This document shows positions 1-10,437 of a stretch of 64,000 bases of DNA, piece after piece. The notes under the pieces are model-generated. The model was not told where the DNA came from. It searched no databases and saw only the letters and a list, made by a program, of their open reading frames with translations. The DNA comes from Eledone cirrhosa (Eukaryota): assembly GCA_964016885.1 (NCBI GenBank), contig OZ024741.1:402876001-402940000 (forward strand), read 5' to 3'. Every line of letters begins with the position of its first letter. Within the stretch, counting starts at the first letter, position 1. The translations under genes were made by a program, and so were the position numbers.

Positions 1-1887
1 GATGAGCCACATCCTATGTAGTCCACCTTATGATGAGTCACATCCTATGTGGTCCACCTTATGATGAGTAACATCCTATGTGGTCCACCTTATGATGAAC
101 CACATCCTATGTGGTCCACCTTATGATGAACCACATCCTATGTGGTCCACCTTATGATGAGTAACATCCTATGTGGTCCACCTTATGATGAACCACATCC
201 TATGTGGTCCACCTTATGATGAGTAACATCCTATGTGGTCCACCTTATGATGAGTAACATCCTATGTGGTCCACCTTAAGATGAGCCACATCCTATGTGG
301 TCCACCTTATGATGAGTAACATCCTATGTGGTCCACCTTATGATGAGTAACATCCTATGTGGTCCACCTTATGATGAGTAACATCCTATGTGGTCCACCT
401 TATGATGAACCACATCCTATGTGGTCCACCTTATGATGAGTAACATCCTATGTGGTCCACCTTATGATGAGTAACATCCTATGTAGTCCACCTTATGATG
501 AGTCACATCCTATGTGGTCCACCTTATAATGATCCACATCCTATGTTGTCCACCTTATGATGAGTAACATCCTATGTGGTTCACCTTATGATGAGTAACA
601 TCCTATGTGGTCCACCTTATGATGAGTAACATCCTATGTAGTCCACCTTATGATGAGTCACATCCTATGTGGTCCACCTTATAATGAGCCACATCCTATG
701 TGGTCCACCTTATAATGAGCCACATCCTATGTGGTCCACCTTATGATGAGTAACATCCTATGTGGTCCACCTTATGATGAGTCACATCCTATGTGGTCCA
801 CCTTATGATGAGCCACATCCTATGTGGTCCACCTTATGATGAGCCACATCCTATGTGGTCCACCTTATGATGAGTAACATCCTATGTGGTCCACCTTATG
901 ATGAGTAACATCCTATGTGGTCCACCTTATGATGAGTAACATCCTATGTGGTCCACCTTATGATGAACCACATCCTATGTGGTCCACCTTATGATGAGTA
1001 ACATCCTATGTGGTCCACCTTATGATGAGTAACATCCTATGTGGTCCACCTTATGATGAACCACATCCTATGTGGTCCACCTTATGATGAGTAACATCCT
1101 ATGTGGTCCACCTTATGATGAACCACATCCTATGTGGTCCACCTTATGATGAGTAACATCCTATGTGGTCCACCTTATGATGAACCACATCCTATGTGGT
1201 CCACCTTATGATGAGTCACATCCTATGTGGTCCACCTTATGATGAGTCACATCCTATGTGGTCCACCTTATGTTGAGTCACATCCTATGTGGTCCACCTT
1301 ATGATGAGCCACATCCTATGTGGCCCACCTTATGATGAACCACATCCTATGTGGTCCACCTTATGATGAGTCACATCCTATGTGGTCCACCTTATGATGA
1401 ACCACATCCTATGTGGTCCACCTTATGATGAACCACATCCTATGTGGTCCACCTTATGATGAGTAACATCCTATGTGGTCCACCTTATGATGAACCACAT
1501 CCTACGTGGTCCACCTTATGATGAACCACATCCTATGTGGTCCACCTTATGATGAGTCACATCCTATGTGGTCCACCTTATGATGAACCACATCCTATGT
1601 GGTCCACCTTATGATGAACCACATCCTATGTGGTCCACCTTATGATGAGTAACATCCTATGTGGTCCACCTTATGATGAACCACATCCTACGTGGTCCAC
1701 CTTATGATGAACCACATCCTATGTGGTCCACCTTATGATGAGTAACATCCTATGTGGTCCACCTTATGATGAGCCACATCCTATGTGGTCCACCTTATGA
1801 TGAACCACATCCTATGTGGTCCACCTTATGATGAGCCACATCCTATGTAGTCCACCTTATGATGAGCCACATCCTATGTGGCCCACT
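1..1887. repeat. 31-bp tandem satellite A (about 61 units, truncated by window start)
   Basis: Unit CATCCTATGTGGTCCACCTTATGATGA plus a variable 4-mer (GTAA/ACCA/GCCA/GTCA). Period 31 throughout; ends at ...ATGTGGCCCAC near 1887. Confidence 0.98.
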
Positions 1888-2771
1888 GCGTGAAAAATGG
1901 TGCCTATGCCTGATTTAAATCATCACCTCTTTTAACACCACCACCTGGTGGATGATTTCATATGAATGAAACAGCTCTAGTCCTGTACAAGCCTTTTCTA
2001 TATTGAATCTTTGTTTTATATATATATATATCTAGGGGGTGTAATGTGGAATTACTGTAGGTTCACCCAGGTGAGCACTTAATGTTTAGGTTCACTTCTG
2101 TGTCGAGGTGTAGAGCTAAACAGAGTGTATTATAATAAAATAAAACAAGGACGAGTGGTTACTCCTTCGTTACGTTTCTTGGTTGGTGACATGTGTTTCA
2201 TCAGCTGAAGGTTCGATCTGTCTCGATTCAGCTCGACCTCTTTATTATATATATATATAACGTTGAAAGAGATAGAAGGCTAAACAATACAAAATGGACT
2301 GTAAGATGAGGTAACGAAAAGTAAAAGTTACCTGCTAATCTTTGTTTTTTTGTTGTTGTTCTTTTTTCTGTCCAATATTTCGGGAACTAAAAGTCCCTTC
2401 TTTAGGGTTTAAGGAACTTTCAGTGGATAATGTTCCAATTTCCTCTCTTTAGGATTAAATTTTGATTTAAATTTTTCTAAGTTGTTTTCAATCGTTTTTT
2501 TAAGGTTATTTCGCTATTCATGAGAATGACGTCAATTTCCAATATAGTATTTTGTGAAATCAATTTTCGTTTTTGTATGAGATGTTGTTTAGTTTGTGCA
2601 CCTGTGGGTGTCTGTTTTTATGTCAAGTACTGTGTGCTGAGTTGTGATCTATTATTTATTTGCTGGTTGAGTCTACCCATGAGCAAGGCTTCCTTAAATT
2701 ACCCACATTTCTATCTCTTGCTTCAATATTGACAGTAATATGTTGGTTCATGTTTCTACACTTGTCAATGT

Positions 2772-2966
2772 ATAATAATAATAATTGTTTCTACTTTTGG
2801 CACAAGGCCAGCAACTACCCAGTACATTACTGGTACTTTATTTTATCGACCCCGTAAGGATGAAAGGTAAAGTTAACCTTGGCGGGATTTGAACTCAGAC
2901 TGTAAAGGGACGTAACTCTATGCTACAAAGCATGGCGTCCAACCCTCTACCGATACTGCCAATTCA
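2772..2966 (-). mobile_element. tRNA-derived SINE, family A
   Basis: Minus strand has A-box-like TGGCAGTATCGG, B-box GAGTTCAAATCCC, central CCTTTCATCCTTACGGGGTCGATAAAATAAAGTACCAG and an (ATT)n tail. At least 7 copies in the window. Confidence 0.85.
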
Positions 2967-2969
2967 TAT

Positions 2970-3190
2970 TAATAATAATGATTTCTAGTATAGGCACAAG
3001 GCCAGTAATTTTGGGGGAGGGGAAAGTCGATTAAATTGACCCCAGTACATTACTGGTACTTTATTTTATCGATCCCGTAAGGATGAAAGGCAAAGTTAAC
3101 CATGGCAGGATTTGAATTCAGAACGTAAAGGTGCGTAACTCTATGCTGCGAAGCATGTTGTCTGATGCTCTACTGCCAGTCCGCTGCCCT
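2970..3190 (-). mobile_element. SINE family A, long variant
   Basis: Same body as 2772-2966 with an extra segment TTTTGGGGGAGGGGAAAGTCGATTAAATTGACC. The same variant recurs at 23307-23510. Confidence 0.8.
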
Positions 3191-3226
3191 TATATATATA
3201 TAGATAATAATAATAATAATAATAAT

Positions 3227-3410
3227 AGATTAAAGAAAATTGGTCCAGCCCCGCTTTTTGGAACACTTCAAAAGGCATGCTTGCTGGGAACAGCAAGAAC
3301 ACTCCGATACGTCCTGAATATCTGAGGCTGCAGGTAGCAGCTTGATGTTCATTTCAACAAACTTTCGAGTTAAATAACATCAATGACTGAGACTCAAAGA
3401 ACAATAATAA
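3227..3410 (+). mobile_element. Short 3' fragment of an R4/Dong-like non-LTR retrotransposon
   Basis: Encodes ...FGTLQKACLLGTARTLRYVLNI* plus a 3' UTR nearly identical to 4150-4324. Preceded by (AAT)n and followed by ACAATAATAA. Confidence 0.85.
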
Positions 3411-3599
3411 TTGTTTCTACTTTTGGCACAAGGCCAGCAATTATCCCAGTGCATTACTGGTACTTTATTTTATCAACCCCGTAAGGATGAAAGGCAAATT
3501 TAACCTCGGCAGGGGTTTGAACTCAGACCATAAAGGGGCATAACTCTATGCTGCAAAGCATGGCATCCAACCCTCTACCAATACTGCCAATTCACTGCC

Positions 3600-3600
<1 letters not shown>
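3411..3600 (-). mobile_element. SINE family A
   Basis: Near-identical to 2785-2966 and 5560-5744. Confidence 0.85.
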
Positions 3601-3637
<37 letters not shown>

Positions 3638-3639
<2 letters not shown>

Positions 3640-4335
3640 GGTGAAGCACTATATTGACAAGGAGGAGGCTAGCTCACTGTGTAGGATCTGTGGAGAGAGA
3701 GAGGAGACTGTGGCTCACATTGTATCCGAGTGTAAACACCTAGCCCAGACTTATAAAGGCTGGAGATATGATGTGATGGGCAGGGTGATCCACTGGCACC
3801 TATGCAAAGTAAACAATTTACCACATTCTGAGAAGTGGTATGAGCATAAGCCAGAGTCGGTGATAGAAAACGATCAGGTCAAGATGTTTTGGGATTTTAG
3901 GATACAGACGGACAAGAAATTAGAACACAATAGGCCTGACCTGGTGGTTTTTGATAAGGAAAAAAGATTGTGCCTGATTGTAGATGTAGCCTGCCCATTT
4001 GACATGAGAGTCCAAGAGAAGGAGAGGGAGAAAATTAACCGATAATAGGATTTAAAGTGGGAGTTAAAAAGGATTTGGAACTGCCATGAAATCAAGGTTG
4101 TCCCGATTGTCATAGGTGCACTAGGTACTATCTCAAGGAGTTTCCAAGGATGGTTAAAGAAGATTAGTCCAGCCTCGTTTTTTGGAACACTTCAAAAGGC
4201 AAGCTTGCTGGGAACAACAAGAACCCTCCGATACGTCCTGAATATCTGAGGCTGCAGGTAGCAGCTTGATGTTCATTCCAACAAACTTTCGAGTTAAATA
4301 ACATCAATGACTGAGACTCAAAGAATAATAATAAT
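3638..4335 (+). mobile_element. 5'-truncated, inactivated R4/Dong-like retrotransposon (CCHC knuckle plus restriction-like endonuclease)
   Basis: Frame 3641-4249 has CRICGEREETVAHIVSEC (CCHC), WRYDVMGRVIHW (RHD-like) and RPDLVVFDK...IVDVACPFD...KEREK (PD-(D/E)XK). Two in-frame stops (TAA TAG at 4043-4048) are followed by DLKWELKRIW...VVPIVIGALG...LQKASLLGT. Flanked on both sides by (AAT)n. Confidence 0.9.
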
Positions 4336-4449
4336 AATAATGATAATAATAATGATGAAAATTACTGTGTACAGTGCTCAGGTGCACTACAACTCATCAA
4401 AGGTGCATGTATAATACATAGAATAATATACAAATGTCAGGAAAGTGAA
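4336..4449 (-). mobile_element. CR1-like LINE 3' tail fragment
   Basis: Reverse complement matches 21931-22020, the 3' UTR of the CR1-like copy, and retains the stem-loop GTAGTGCACCTGAGCACTGTAC. A 40-bp piece recurs at 19691-19730. Confidence 0.75.
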
Positions 4450-5057
4450 ATATATACACACACACACACATATATGAAGGGCACCATACCTAGCAACATG
4501 TGTTTGTGAAGTAAACAGCCATGCTGGAATTAAAATACTAGTTCTCTAAATATCTAGATTTGTATAAAACTATTAACTTATGAATTAGTTATAGAAAATA
4601 TATTGTCCTTCTCAGTAACCTGTTTTTTATTTCTAGTTTATTGTACCAAACTACTTTCATAACAATAAGTGGTGTCTTGCTCATTAATTTGTCGAATCTT
4701 TCAACAGAATATTTATTTTATAATTTCTTTTAAGATAATTTCATGTGAAAAATTCAACAATAGGGAACGATTTACTATACATTATTGATTAAGCAATTTA
4801 CTGATAATTGTGCCATAATAGCTGGATTGATAACTAAATTAACAAGCTTAGCTGATAGGCCAGAAGTAATTAAAAGTGCTACAACCTCTGAATTACTTGG
4901 GGGTTCGTTTATATAGGATTTTATTGCTGTTGTTGTAAACAATTCTAGGAGTTAAAGAAAGGATATTGATTTTGTCTCTGACTTCTTACAAGACATTAAC
5001 ACCTGGTGAAGAGGTGAAATAATGGCCTTTGATAATATGTATATGTCTATAGAGCAA

Positions 5058-5247
5058 AGTAGTAGTAGTGGTAGTAGTAGTGGTAGTAGTAGTAGTAATG
5101 ACGGTGGTGGTGGTAGTAGTCGTAGTAGTAGTAATGGTGCTGGTGGTAGTAGTAGTAGTAGTGATGGTAGTAGTAGTAGTAGTAGTGGTGGTGGTGGTGG
5201 TGGTGGTGGTGGTGGTGGTGGTGGTAGTAGTACTGGTAGTAGTAGTA
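5058..5247. repeat. (AGT)n/(GGT)n compound microsatellite
   Basis: Direct reading of the sequence. Confidence 0.95.
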
Positions 5248-5559
5248 GGAGAAGGAGGAGGGGGGAGCATAAACAGTAACATCACCCAAGATATTCACAG
5301 GCCCTCTTCTCTCCCATTGGTCAGATTAATATAGTGAAACTTCTATTGGTAGATTTTGAGGGAGACTACTTGCTTTGAATTCTTAATATCTTTTATTGTG
5401 TTCTGTTAGTTGTAAGTACATTAGGCAGACAACATTTACATATATGTACCTATAGCTCATGCATAAACTATCTCCATGCACGAGCAAATCATTCTTTATA
5501 TTAACTTTATCTTCTCAGCACTATGTAAAAGTCCGAGAGATCAGCTATGTATATATAAT

Positions 5560-5744
5560 TGATTCTACTTTTGGCACAAGGCCAGCAATTACCCAGTACA
5601 TTACTGGTACTTTATTTTATCGACCCCGTAAGGATGAAAGGCAAAGTTAACCTCGGCGGGATTTGAACTCAGAATGGCAAGGGCCGTAACTCAATGCGTC
5701 AAAGCATGGCGTCCGACCCCCTACCGATACTGCCAATCCACCGC
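5560..5744 (-). mobile_element. SINE family A with 15-bp target-site duplication
   Basis: Full-length copy flanked by CTATGTATATATAAT at 5545-5559 and 5745-5759. Confidence 0.9.
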
Positions 5745-6139
5745 CTATGTATATATAATGTTTGTTGACATCTAAAAGATGTGATTCAGCTACTTAAGAC
5801 AGTAAGAGTTGTCATGGTTACTTGGCTTAATGGTCTAAAGCCGGTACTTGGAAGATATGGAGTTTGATTCCTCATAACAACAATGGCAACTTCTTTTTCC
5901 ATCTTTAAGGGTTTTTACTCTACTTTATAAGTTATTTTGTAACATCACCATGCATGAGTACATCATTCTTTATATTGACTATCAGAAAAACCACCCTTCC
6001 GGTGGTTTTCTGCTAGCATGTGTAGTGTGTATATAGATACATGTAGATATGATACATCAAATAAAATCATAATTGACAATATACACAGAAATTGAACGAA
6101 GACTGCGTTACACTGTCTTATGTAATCAGTAAAGTAATC

Positions 6140-6625
6140 CATCATCATCATCATCATCATCACCGTTTTACGTCCGTTCTTCCACGCTAGCATGGGTTAG
6201 ACGGGTTGTCCTGTTGTGGGCAGTGTCTGGTCGGCTGACCATGCCTTGTTCATACAGGAACTGATTTGGCTTGATTTCTACAGCTGTATGCCCTTCCTAA
6301 CACCAACCTCATTTACAGTGAGTGCTGGGTGCTTTTTCGTGGCGCCTACACGTCCACTTTACAGTGTGGGCTGGGTGCTTTTTTGCCGTGGCACCTCCAC
6401 GACCACCTTGCGGTGGGGGGTGAGGGGGCATATTGTCTATATGCTTCAGCTTGTACCCATGGGAGGTCGGGTACTCTGTATTACTGCGTGACACCAGAGG
6501 TCACGGTCGTGTGTCATTGCCTTTGAGAGGTGTAATTGGGTAAGGTCGGCTTTTATCACCTCATCCCAGGTCATCTTGGGTCTCCCCACTCCGCGGTTTC
6601 CATCAACTTCTGGAAATCCATGATA
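6140..6625 (-). mobile_element. RTE-clade LINE 3' fragment
   Basis: Encodes VDGNRGVGRPKMTWDEVIKADL...DRDLW, followed by a 3' UTR shared with 9588-9965 and a (GAT)n tail at 6140-6162. Confidence 0.85.
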
Positions 6626-6984
6626 CATTTAAAAAAGACGATATTATATATAAACTGCATTAGGAGAAAATTAGTGACGGAAATATATGAATGTTTATTT
6701 AAGCGATTGCTAACCGGAAGTGTTGACATTTGAAAATTTTAAAGAAGTGAATCTTTAAATAAACAATAAAATATATGTAATCAAGAGTTACGAAATTTGG
6801 CAGATAAATTATGTAATATTCATTCATTATTTATTCAAAGTAATCCAAATTATTTTACAAATGGGGTAAAAAAATTATATTCTGGACGCAGTCCCACACT
6901 CCTTACTTTATTATAGGTTAGATTTATATCTAACAATGATACTGAAATATTTAAAAGGCAGTTTGAAAAGGAGCCAACATTACC

Positions 6985-8350
6985 TATCTGGCCTGGGTTG
7001 CACACCACCTTGGGTTGGGAGGGTGTCTACATTTTCCATCTGGCCTGGGCCCCTTACCACCTTGGGTTGGGAGGGTGTCTACATTAACATCTAGCCTGAG
7101 CTGTGCACCACCTTGGGTTGGGAGGGTGTCTACATTTTATATCTGGCCTGGGCCCCTTACCTCCTTGGGTTGGTAGGGTGTCTATATTAACATCTAGCCT
7201 GGGCCCCTTACCACCTTGGGTTGGTAGGGTGTCTACATTAACATCTAGCCTGGGCCCCTTACCACCTTGGGTTGGTAGGGTGTCTACATTAACATCTAGC
7301 CTGGGCCCCTTACCACCTTGGGTTGGTAGGGTGTCTACATTAACATCTAGCCTGGGCCCCTTACCACCTTGGGTTGGTAGGGTGTCTACATTAACATCTA
7401 GCCTGGGCCCCTTACCACCTTGGGTTGGTAGGGTGTCTACATTAACATCTAGCCTGGGCCCCTTACCACCTTGGGTTGGTAGGGTGTCTACATTAACATC
7501 TAGCCTGGGCCCCTTACCACCTTGGGTTGGTAGGGTGTCTACATTAACATCTAGCCTGGGCCCCTTACCACCTTGGGTTGGTAGGGTGTCTACATTAACA
7601 TCTAGCCTGGGCCCCTTACCACCTTGGGTTGGTAGGGTGTCTACATTAACATCTAGCCTGGGCCCCTTACCACCTTGGGTTGGTAGGGTGTCTACATTAA
7701 CATCTAGCCTGGGCCCCTTACCACCTTGGGTTGGGAGGGTGTCTACATTAACATCTAGCCTGGGCCCCTTACCACCTTGGGTTGGGAGGGTGTCTACATT
7801 TAACATCTGGCCTGGGCCTCTTACCACCTTGGGTTGGGAGGGTGTCTACATTTTACATCTGGCCTGGGCCTCTTACCACCTTGGGTTGGGAGGGTGTCTA
7901 CATTTTACATCTGGCCTGGGCTCCTTATCACCTTGGGTTGGGAGGGTGTCTACATTTTACATCTGGCCTGGGCCTCTTACCACCTTGGGTTGGGAGGGTG
8001 TCTACATTTTACATCTGGCCTGGGCTCCTTATCACCTTGGGTTGGGAGGGTGTCTACATTAACATCTAGCCTGGGCCGTGCACCACTTTGGGTTGGGAGG
8101 GTGTCTACATTTAACATCTGGCTTGGGCTTCTTACACCTTCGGTTGGAAGGGTGTCTACATTTTACCTCTGGCCTGGGCTTCTTACCACCTTGGGTTAGG
8201 AGGGTGTCTGTGTTTCACATCTAGCCTGGTGTAATTACCAGTTTGTGGAGTATCTACATTTTAAATCTGGCATGGTCCTGTTCCCATCCTGTTACCAAGA
8301 GTATGTCTATGTAGCTTGGGGTATGTCTATATTTTACATCTGGCCTGGGA
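6985..8350. repeat. 51/52-bp minisatellite (about 24 units plus decayed edge)
   Basis: Core unit GGGTGTCTACATTAACATCTAGCCTGGGCCCCTTACCACCTTGGGTTGGTA (51 bp), homogeneous at about 7170-7790. Flanked by 52-bp variants and decaying after about 8200. Confidence 0.97.
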
Positions 8351-8712
8351 CTATTTCCAATTATGCAGTGGGGTAGGTAGAGTGGAGTGTGGAGAGGTAA
8401 TATTCTACATCTAATGAAAGCCTATTAACATCTTTGTATGTTCCTGTGTTCTGGTGCTATAAAACCTCTTGGGATCAAAAGATATTGATGTAATATAGAA
8501 AAGGTAAAGAAACAAACCATCTGTGATATGGTTGTATTATGTTGCTGAATGTTTACCACTCAACCTTTCGGAAGGGAATGGAAGCACCCTATGGTGCTTG
8601 GGTGTATAGCAACAGTATTTACCTATATATGAGCTATGTAGAGGGTCTGCTGGTCAGAGGATGATATGGTCAACAACTAAATAAGGGTGAAGTGTATTCT
8701 GGCCTTGACTTT

Positions 8713-9000
8713 GCAAGACTGTTTTACCAAAGGTCTACTTGATCTTGGTCAAGACTGTTTTACCATAAGTCTACTTGATCTTGGTCAAGACTGTTTTACC
8801 AAAGGTCTACTTGATGTTGGTCAAGACTGTTTTACCATAAGTCTACTTGATGTTGGTCAAGACTGTTTTACCAAAGGTCTACTTGATGTTGGTCAAGACT
8901 GTTTTACCATAGGTCTACTTGGTCAAGACTGTTTTACCAAAGCTCTACTTGAAACATGACTGTTTTACCACAAGCCTACTTGGTCTTGGTCAAGGATATT
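8713..9000. repeat. 36-bp minisatellite (about 8 units, alternating variants)
   Basis: CAAGACTGTTTTACC(AAAG/ATAA)GTCTACTTGATSTTGGT repeated. Confidence 0.95.
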
Positions 9001-9040
9001 TTGGAACTATCAAGGTATTCTTTATATGGTTGTTATATAG

Positions 9041-9138
9041 CCAGAAAATATACTCACATCACACCACATCAACTTGGGAATGGACACATTGGATGGGATG
9101 GTCATAGCTGGACTGGCTTTGATTATATGTCTGTTTAG
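9041..9138 (+). CDS. Candidate internal coding exon 1 of an unidentified gene
   Basis: Acceptor tgttatatag|CCA and donor TTAG|gtaggg. 98 nt open as PENILTSHHINLGMDTLDGMVIAGLALIICLF plus AG (phase 2), which matches the phase of exon 14441. Confidence 0.5.
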
Positions 9139-9291
9139 GTAGGGCTGACCTGGGGTCAAATAACAACAACAATATCCACACAGGACACTTCTGCATAATA
9201 TACATACACTCATATACATACACTGATTAATATATATATACACTCATTAATACATATATACATACATACATTAATATATATATATACATAC

Positions 9292-9989
9292 GTGAACGGC
9301 AAAGCATAAACGAACTAAGGGAGAAATTAGGAATAAGAGGGATCAGATGTTGTTTACTCGAGAGAAGGCTACGTTGGTACGGTCACGTGATGCGCATGAA
9401 AGATGACAGCTGTATAAAAAAGTGCAGGGCGATCAAAATAGATGGTAGCTACGGAGTAGGTAGACCCAGAAAAACCTGGGACGACTTGATAAATTCCGAC
9501 CTCACACACTTACACCTCTCCAAGACAATGTCACTGGACCGAGATCTTTGGCGCTACACAATAATACAGAAGACCCGCCTTGCCTAAGTACAAAGCGAAA
9601 CCTAGAGTCAGTAGGCACCTCTAACAAAAATACACCCTGCCCCACTACCGTCCCACTACACCTACTCCCACCCCCATCTACACCACCCCTTTCGATGTAA
9701 AGTTATACTGGTACCACAACATCCAGTCTGAAACAAATGAGGTCGTGTAGGTGTCACGACAAAAAAAACACAGTCCACGCTGTAATGTGGCCGTGTAGGT
9801 AACACGGTAAAAACCTCCCAGTCCCACACTGTAAACGTGGTTAGGAAGGGCATCCAGCTGTAGAAAACCCGCCAGACAGTCCTATGCGAGCAATGACAAC
9901 CACTCTTGCCTCAAGTGGAACAATTCCCGTCCAAACCCATGCTAGCGTGGAAGATGGACGTTAACGATGATGATGATGATGATGATGAT
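9292..9989 (+). mobile_element. RTE-clade LINE 3' fragment
   Basis: Encodes ERRLRWYGHVMRM...GRPRKTWDDLI...DRDLW, followed by a 3' UTR and a (GAT)n tail at 9966-9989. Confidence 0.9.
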
Positions 9990-10330
9990 ACACTCATTAA
10001 TATATATATATATATACTGATTAATACATATATACACATCATCACATACAGCACACTCACATTCACACACAATACAGCCACACATATGCAAACACACACA
10101 TGACACATAGAAATGTTGTCACCAAAATATACACATATAGACACATATATATACACACACACATTTGCCCAAATACATTCGTTTACCCGCTCCCAAGCAT
10201 ATATACATACATACACACACAAATGCACAGACATACACACACACATACACACACATACATACACACACATACACACATACATACACACATACACACAGAC
10301 ATACACATATACACATACATAGACACACAG
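9990..10330. repeat. Degenerate (AC)/(AT)/(ACAT) microsatellite
   Basis: Direct reading of the sequence. Confidence 0.85.
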
Positions 10331-10437
10331 TTCTTTGAAAAGTATCAAAATTAAGGCAATTTTTCAGAAGATTAGTTTTATGAAGGAGAGAAAAATATTT
10401 AGTTGAGGAATTAAGATCTCTGTTGATTGATTAAATA

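Noticed and set aside
2186-2240. CTGATGAAACACATGTC (minus strand) and hairpin AGCTGAA...TTCAGCT as a hammerhead
   Set aside because: CTGATGA and GAAAC overlap with no stem II between them, so the topology does not fit.
3641-4045. 134-aa ORF as a host zinc-finger or nuclease gene
   Set aside because: It is a truncated retrotransposon C-terminus with in-frame stops, no ATG start, and a second partial copy nearby.
5815-5885. A-box/B-box-like motifs as a tRNA gene
   Set aside because: No cloverleaf can be formed; at most a decayed SINE head.
7084-8199. 17-aa repeat ORFs
   Set aside because: Product of the 51-bp unit. The frame is broken by 52-bp flanking units and there is no splice or start context.
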